Shown piece after piece: positions 57,871 through 64,000 of a stretch of DNA of 64,000 nucleotides. Within the stretch, counting starts at the first letter, position 1; every line of letters starts with the position of its first letter. Location of the stretch: positions 62,001 to 126,000 of the forward strand of contig JABVCE010000022.1 of the NCBI GenBank assembly GCA_014905635.1, read 5' to 3'. Below the pieces are notes generated by a model. It made no database searches and was not told the DNA's origin. It saw only the letters and a list, made by a program, of their open reading frames with translations. A program made the position numbers and the translations under genes. The DNA comes from Scenedesmus sp. PABB004. Its lineage: Eukaryota.

Positions 57871-60339
57871 ATGAAGTGCTTCAGCCGCCCCGCGGTGGCG
57901 GAGGAGGCGCCTGACGCCGCACGCGAGGTGCGCAGGCGGGAAGCGCGCCGCGGCGGCTGCGACGGCCCCCGGCGCCGCGGGCGCGCGGCGTTGAACTCCG
58001 GGGAAGTTGTGCCACCTCTCGGCGGTGGCAGAAGCGCCTGCCGCGACCGGCGGCGCCGCCGCCGGTCGCGCGCGCGCGCGCTATATACAGCGCGCTACAG
58101 CCGCGCGGCTGTAGCTACAGCCGTCGCGCCGCTGCTCTGCGCGCCTGACGCCTCCACTCCACCGCGCCCGCCGCGGCTGCCGCAGGCCGGCCGGACCGCG
58201 CCGCGCAAGCGCTCATCGCTTGCCGCGCGCCTCAAGCCGTGGACGTCCTTCGGCAGCAGTACCAGCACCAGCGACGGCGTGGGCGCGAGGGACGCGCTCA
58301 AGGCGCGGGCCAAGTCCTTCTACAAGCGCTGGAGCAACGGGCGGCGCATCAAGAACAGCGCCAGCGGCAGCAGCCTCGCCAGCGGCGCCAGCCTCGAGTT
58401 CGACCTCGGCAGCACCAGCAGCACCAGCGTCGACGGCAGCGGCGGCGGCGCCGCCGCGCGCGCGTCCGACGACAGCTCCGTCGGCGCCGAGTGCGAGGTG
58501 CGCGGGCTCGCGGCGCGCCCCCCGCACGCGCCGACGCGGGCGCTCGCCGCGCCGCCGGCCGCTCACCGCGCCGCCCCTGCCCCGCACGCGGCCGCAGGTC
58601 AAGGTCAGCGTCGGCGGCGCGCTCAAGCCCGCCAAGGCGGCCGCCAAGCCCGCGGCGCCGACGGCGCGGACGGCGCACGCCACCAGCCCGACCGCCGAGC
58701 CGGCCGCCCAGCGGGGGGCGGCGCCGGCCGCAAAGCCCGCCCCGAAGCCCGCCACCAAGCCGGCGGCGCCGACCACCCACGCCGCCCCGCGCCGCGCCAC
58801 CGGCGCGCTGGGCGTGAGCCGCGTGGCCGAGGAGTACGCGCTGCGGGACGCGTGCCAGCCGCTCGAGGGCGGCGCCGGGCCCTGCGGCCCGGGCTGCCGC
58901 ACCGTGTTTGAGAACAACTTTTGGGGCATGGCTGCGATCAAGATGAGCCCCCACCTGGCGCCCTGCTGCGTCGCCGCGCGCCGCCGCTTCATGGCGGCGT
59001 CGGAGGAGGCGGCGGCGGCGGCGCGCGCCCGCCGCCACGCCACGGCCGGCGCGGCGCCCGGCGCCGGTCGCGCCGCGCCGCGCTCCGCGCCCGGCGGCTC
59101 GGCCGGCGCGGGCGCCGCCGCCGTGAGGGCGGCGCGCGAGGCTGCCGCCGAGCGCCGCCGCGCCGACGCGAAGGCGCTGCTGCCCGCGCGCGCGTGGCGC
59201 GTGGCAATCGACGCGACCGACCTGGACAAGCGCGTGGAGCCGGTGCTTCAGTACAAGGCTGAGATCATGGCCGCCTGCGAGGCCACGCGCTGGGCGGTGC
59301 TGGCGCGCGCCGTGGCGGGGTTCACCGGGCGGTCGCTCAACGCCTACGAGGGCGTGCTCGGCGGGCACGCGCGTTGGCGCGCCGAGGCGGCGGAGCTGAC
59401 GATGACGCTGGAGGCGCTCGACGCGGTGGCGCAGGTGCACCTCGACACCACGCTCGAGGGGCAGCGCCAGGTGCGGCCCCGGCCAGCCTGGCGCGCGGCG
59501 GCCGCCGCGGCGCGACGCGCTTCGCTGGTCGCGGCGCGTCGCTGACCGACCTCGCCGCCTCGCCGCCGCCCGCGTCCGGCGCAGGTGCTGGCCTGGAACG
59601 AGCAGCTCGCCCTGGCGCGCGTGCTGAAGGCCGGCCTGCTCGCCGGCGGCAACAAGCGCTGCGCGGGGCCCGCGGTGCGCGGCAGCGCGCCCGCACCGCG
59701 AGGCCGCGGGCGGGCAGCCCCGGCCGTGCCCCGCCGCCGCCGCCGCCGCTCGGCGCTGCCGACCACCTGGCCGCGCCGCGCAGGGCCTGCGCGTCAAGTG
59801 CGACGGCGTCGCGGCCGAGGTGCAGCTGGGCAAGCTGGTGCAGCTGCGGGAGGACGACCTGGCGCGCCGGGGCGCGGCGGCCAGCGAGCTCACGATCAAC
59901 GCGGCGCGCGACCGCGACGCCGTGGCGGCGGCGCTGCGCCCGCTGGGCGTGCACAACCTGGCGCGCGGCCTGCAGGTCGCGGCGGTGCACATCGCAGACC
60001 TGCGCGCGCGCATCGAGGCGCGCCGCCAGCTGCTCATCGCCCTCGGCCAGGAGCGCGGGGTGTGGGAGGAGATCATCGCAGAGGCGCAGGACCGCGTGGT
60101 GAGGCGCAGCAGCAGAGGGCCGCGCCAGGCTGGCGGCGCCGGGCTGCCGCGCGTCGCGCGCCGCCGCGGCGGGGCCCGCGCTGACCCGCCGCGCTGCGCT
60201 GCGCGCCCGCCCGCGTCAGGCCAAGCTGGACGCCTGGCGGCACCGCGAGCTGATGGCGCACGGCCCCGCCCCGGAGATGTGGGCGGCGCCGCGCGGCTGC
60301 AGCGGCCAGGGCAGCAGCTGCAAGCGCACCAAGTTCTGA
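57871..60339 (+). CDS. Hypothetical protein with Ser/Ala/Pro-rich N-terminus, small Cys cluster and helical C-terminal domain
   Basis: Six exons with splice consensus and strongly coding-like codon usage. No family recognised. Confidence 0.65.
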
Positions 60340-61109
60340 TGTGTGCTGACCGCGAGGGGCTTGGTCTGAAGATCAGACCTGCTGGCTGGTGTCACGGCCA
60401 GCGATGAACGCCTGGGCTGTGTCTGGGGGTTGGTCCTCTGAGCTCTGGTTGGGCTGCCATCTCTTGTCTTGACTGCGCGCTGCGCACGCAGCGCGTGCGC
60501 AGCGCGAGAATCGGTCTAGCTCGCTGGGCCAGCAGACGGCGGCTGTTTTTTGCGATTGTCCGGGGCGCAGCTCGCCCCGCGCTAGAGCAGGAATGAACGA
60601 ACGAACGCGCGCGCGCTCGTGCGCGCTGCGCACATGCCAGCTGGAGCGCAACGTGATGTGGGGTCTGGGGTTGGCTTGCAGCAGTGCGCTGTTGCGCGGA
60701 TCGGTTTCAGGCGCCTCGTCAGGCTGGGGACTGCTTTGGGCGCAGCTCGCCCCGCTAAAAAGGAACGACCGCAGGCGTGCGAGTGCGCGGGTGCGCTGGC
60801 GCGACTGCCGCCCCCAGGCCTGGGCGGCGGCGCCAGCAGCGTGCGGCAGCGTGCTGGGCGCGGCGCGGCACCAGCGCGCGGGCAGGGCATCGCTGCGCCG
60901 GACGAGTCGGCGCAGGGGGCTTGTGCGCAGAGGCGTTAGCGGATTGCTGTCGGCGCCGGACAGAGTTTGGATGGGGCGTAGGGGCAGCGGCCGGGCGCGC
61001 CGGCGGAACGGCGCCGCGCGACTGCGGCTGGACTGGGCACCACCTGGTGCGGAACACCTGACTGCGACTGTGAAACATGTCTGGGCAGGGCCTGGGATGT
61101 CTCTTCTTG

Positions 61110-61114
61110 TGTAA
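61110..61114 (+). terminator. TGTAA polyadenylation signal, probably for the 57871-60339 gene
   Basis: First TGTAA I found downstream of the stop at 60339. Confidence 0.4.
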
Positions 61115-61158
61115 AGCAAAGCGCTGGGCCGTTGCACGCGCCGCCGCCGCCTCGTCCG

Positions 61159-63215
61159 TCACGCCTCGATCGTGCGCGCCAGCTGCACCCGCGGCGCGTC
61201 CGCGCGCAGCGGCGCCGCGCCCGGCGCGTGCGCGCCGCGCGTGAACGCGACGCGCCCGCTGCGCGTGGCGCCGTCGGCGGTGGTGAGGCTCCAGTCGTAG
61301 TCTCCGAAGAAGCCCGTGAAGTTGACCGCCGGCCCGGCCAGCCCCGCCGCGGGCACGTCGAGCGCGGTCGTCCACTCCTCGGCCCACAGCCGCCGCACCG
61401 CGTGCCACGCGGCCTTGCGCCGCCCGCCCGCCGCGACGAAGCCGGCGCGCTTGACCCACATGTTGTCGTCGGCAAAGCCCCAGCAGAAGATCGCCTGCAC
61501 CGCGGGGTGCTCAAACCACATCCTGAACAGCGCCTCGGTCACGCCCGCCTGCGTGGCCTCGTCGATGTAGCTGACCGGGCCCGGCTCGCCGCTGCTCGCG
61601 CGGCCGTCCCAGGTGGACATGAGCGAAAACTCGGTGATGACCAGCGGCAGGCCGAGCGTCGCCAGCAGGTCCAGGTTGCGCCGCTGCTTCGCGAGGTCGA
61701 TGCCCTTCAGCTCAAAGTGCGCCTGCCGGTCGCGGCGGGCGCGGCACGGCGCGCGGGCGGGTGGGCGGGCAGGAGGAGGGCGAGGGCGCGGCCGCGCTGC
61801 GCGCGCGGCGGCGCGCAGGCGGCGGGGCGCGGCGCGGCGCGGCGCGGCGCGGCGCGGCGCGGGTCGCGCGCCTGGATGCCGATGCAGTGCACGGGCGCGC
61901 CGTGCGCGAGCAGGTGCTCGCGCACGATGCGCATGAGCTCCGGCGCCGCGTCGGCCTCGATCAGGCTGAAGTCGTTCTGCGACCCCACGGCGGTCCCGGC
62001 CGGGCGGGGCGGGGCGGGGCGGGGCGGGGCGGGGCGGGGTGCGTCAACGGCGGCGGCCCCGCGCCAGCGCCGGTGGCGCGCGGGCGAGGCCGCCGCGCCG
62101 CGCGCCGCTGCGCCGCACCAGGCAGAGCGTGGCGTTGGGGTCGGCCGCGGCGGCCCACTTGAACGCGTCGGGCAGCGCGGTGTCCCAGAGCCCGCACTCG
62201 TCGAGCTTGCCGCGCCACGCGATGATCTCGTTGAACACGTCGTAGGTCGTGAACCGGCCCGCAAACGCGGCGACGTCGCGCGTCACGCGCTCCCGCAGCG
62301 CCTCCACGTACGCGTCGCACGGCAGCTCGTGCGCCCAGAAGTGGTCGGTGCGGTACCACTCGAGCGTGTGGCCGCGGCGCATGGCGAACCCGCGGTCGGT
62401 GGCCCAGCCGGTGTAGTTGGCGGCCAGCGCGGCCGCGGCGGCGCTGGCGTTGCCGCGGCGGGGCTCAAAGTTGAACCACTTGAAGCGATTCTCCGGCACG
62501 ATGCCCCAAAACATCTCCTCGGCGGCCGCGAGGTAGGCCTGGGGGTCGGGCGCGGTCTCGGGCTGCAGCGCGGTGCCAAACACAAACTCGTGCCGCGCGA
62601 GGCGCAGGCTCAGCGACGTCGCGTTGACGGCCGGCGGCAGCGACAGCGAAAAGTCGCCGGTGCGGTGCGCGACCGCCGCGGCCGCGGCCGCCGCCGAGCG
62701 GGGGCGCAGCAGCTGCTGCTGCCAGGGCGGCCCCGGGAGCTGCTCCTGTTGCGACGACTGCTGCCAGGGCGGCCCCGGGAGCTGCTCCTGCTGCTGCGGC
62801 TGCTGCCAGGGCGGGCCCTGCTGCTGCTCCTGCTGCTGCGGCTGCTGCCAGGGCGGGCCCTGGAGCTGCTCCTGCTGCTCCTGTTCCTGCTGCTGGCGCT
62901 GCCAGGGCGGGCCGGGGATCTGGGACTGCTGGTGCCGCTGCCACAGCGCGTCGGGCTGCTGCCAGTGCGCGCCCGCCGCCGCCGCCATGCCGGCCGCCGC
63001 TGGCTGCTCGTAGGAGCTCCAGGGTGACATGCTGAGCTCCTGGGGGTCCCAAGAGGACAGGATCGGCCCTGCGGCGGCGCGCATCGGTTGCGGTTGCAGC
63101 GCAGCGGGGCACGCGGCGGTTGCGCCTGCAGCTCCGCGATCGGCTGCGCACCCGGCCCGGACGCTCGCACAAGCGTCGCGGCCAGCGCCAACGCCAGCAG
63201 CGATCGCGCAGCCAT
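61159..63215 (-). CDS. Secreted glycoside hydrolase family 10 (endo-1,4-beta-xylanase-like)
   Basis: Signal peptide MAARSLLALALAATLVRA, then FVFGTAL, IVPENRFKW, RGHTLEW, YDVFNE (acid/base), NDFSLIE, IGIQ|AHF, LPLVITEF (nucleophile) and HPAVQAIFCWGF. Confidence 0.9.
62710..62925 (-). repeat. Five coding repeats of PGPPWQQ...QQEQ upstream of the GH10 domain
   Basis: CCCTGGCAGC-containing unit on the minus strand, about 39-48 bp period. Confidence 0.85.
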
Positions 63216-63444
63216 CCCTCCTGCGCGGCGCGGGCGAGCTCAACCGACGCTGCGCCGCCGCTGCTGCGCAGGCTGTTCCGTGGCGCGCCCAACTCACGGA
63301 TCGCGGCTGCGAGCGCTCCTGGCGCAGCCGACAGCCCGGGCGGAGCGGCGCCGGCAGTCGGCGGTTGAGCCCCAGGTCGGGGCCTGGCCGCCAGGCCCCT
63401 GGCGCGCGCGGCACGACCGCAGCGTTGTGATGGGGAGCCGCCGC

Positions 63445-63449
63445 TTACA
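63445..63449 (-). terminator. TGTAA polyadenylation signal for the partial gene at the window end
   Basis: TTACA on the plus strand about 490 bp past the stop at 63940. Confidence 0.4.
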
Positions 63450-63939
63450 GCGGCGCGCGCAACAGCACGCCGCGCTCTCTCGGAGTATCGTATCGTACAC
63501 CGTGGGCCAGCGCCCCGCACGAGCGGGAGGGGCGGCCACGCGCGCTCAGCCACAGCACAGCCCCTGGTGCCCAGGGGACCCAGCACACGCTGGGGCCGCG
63601 GCGGGGCGAGAGGCCTGGGGGAGGCCGCCGCTCTGCCGCGCCAGCAACGCCAACACACCGCTACAGCCCTAGACCGCCACACCGCCCGCTCGCTGCTGCT
63701 TCCGCCCGCCGTCGCACGGCGCCGCCGCTGGGGCGGCGGCGCGTGCGCGCGCCGCGCTCGTCGGCGCGCCGCTTCACGGCCAGAGGCCCTGGAACAGGCA
63801 GGGCCTGCGCGCGGCGGGCGCGGCGGCGGGGTGCGCAGGTCAGGCGCGCGCGCTCGCGCGCGCGCGTCTGCCCGCCCCGACCTGCCGCGCGCCCCATGCC
63901 CCGCGCCCCGCCCCGCGGCGCCGCATCAGAAATCAGGTC

Positions 63940-64000
63940 TCACGTGAAGATCTTGGTGCCCTGGAAGTCGGTGAACTGCGGGATCTTGCACTCGGGCTGC
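63940..64000 (-). CDS. 3' end of an unidentified gene continuing beyond the window
   Basis: QPECKIPQFTDFQGTKIFT* with typical coding codon bias. Confidence 0.55.
   Translation of the reverse strand, partial: QPECKIPQFTDFQGTKIFT

Noticed and set aside
1..64000. Hundreds of long Arg/Ala/Pro/Gly-rich ORFs in the supplied track, some over 1000 aa
   Set aside because: Stop codons are rare at this GC content. These ORFs run through introns and antisense frames and are not genes.

Overview
This is eukaryotic nuclear DNA of extreme GC content, gene-dense, with short introns and TGTAA poly(A) signals. That pattern is typical of a chlorophyte green alga (Sphaeropleales-like; the taxon is inferred). 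The prokaryote-style ORF track is mostly spurious here, so I rebuilt genes exon by exon. About 20 spliced genes are present. Recognisable housekeeping genes are a nucleoredoxin-like protein, LSF2, TTC7/NPG1-like, EFCAB10-like, ERCC8/CSA, a CELF-like RRM protein, TRMO, a CDPK-family kinase, DIS3/RRP44 and a GH10 hydrolase. Five things stand out. (1) A compact candidate biosynthetic cluster at 40022-48544 combines a free-standing DUF2156/MprF-type aminoacyl-tRNA-dependent transferase, a cytochrome P450 and a divergently transcribed gamma-tocopherol-methyltransferase-like enzyme. (2) A gene carries four Myb-like repeats made by tandem copying of a 3-exon cassette, and its first exon is interrupted by a 277-bp 5'-truncated LINE-like insert with a clean TSD. 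(3) A rearranged block at 15.0-23.4 kb holds an SBP plus WRKY-like zinc-finger fusion gene, a 2OG-Fe(II) oxygenase pseudogene, a 3.45-kb tandem duplication and inverted copies of the ERCC8 3' end. (4) One gene encodes a PB1-like domain plus twin BED-like zinc fingers. (5) GC-AG introns are unusually frequent, and telomere-like repeats lie inside DIS3 introns. All domain calls come from motif recognition by eye; no searches were run. Some single-base frameshifts in homopolymer runs are probably sequencing errors.
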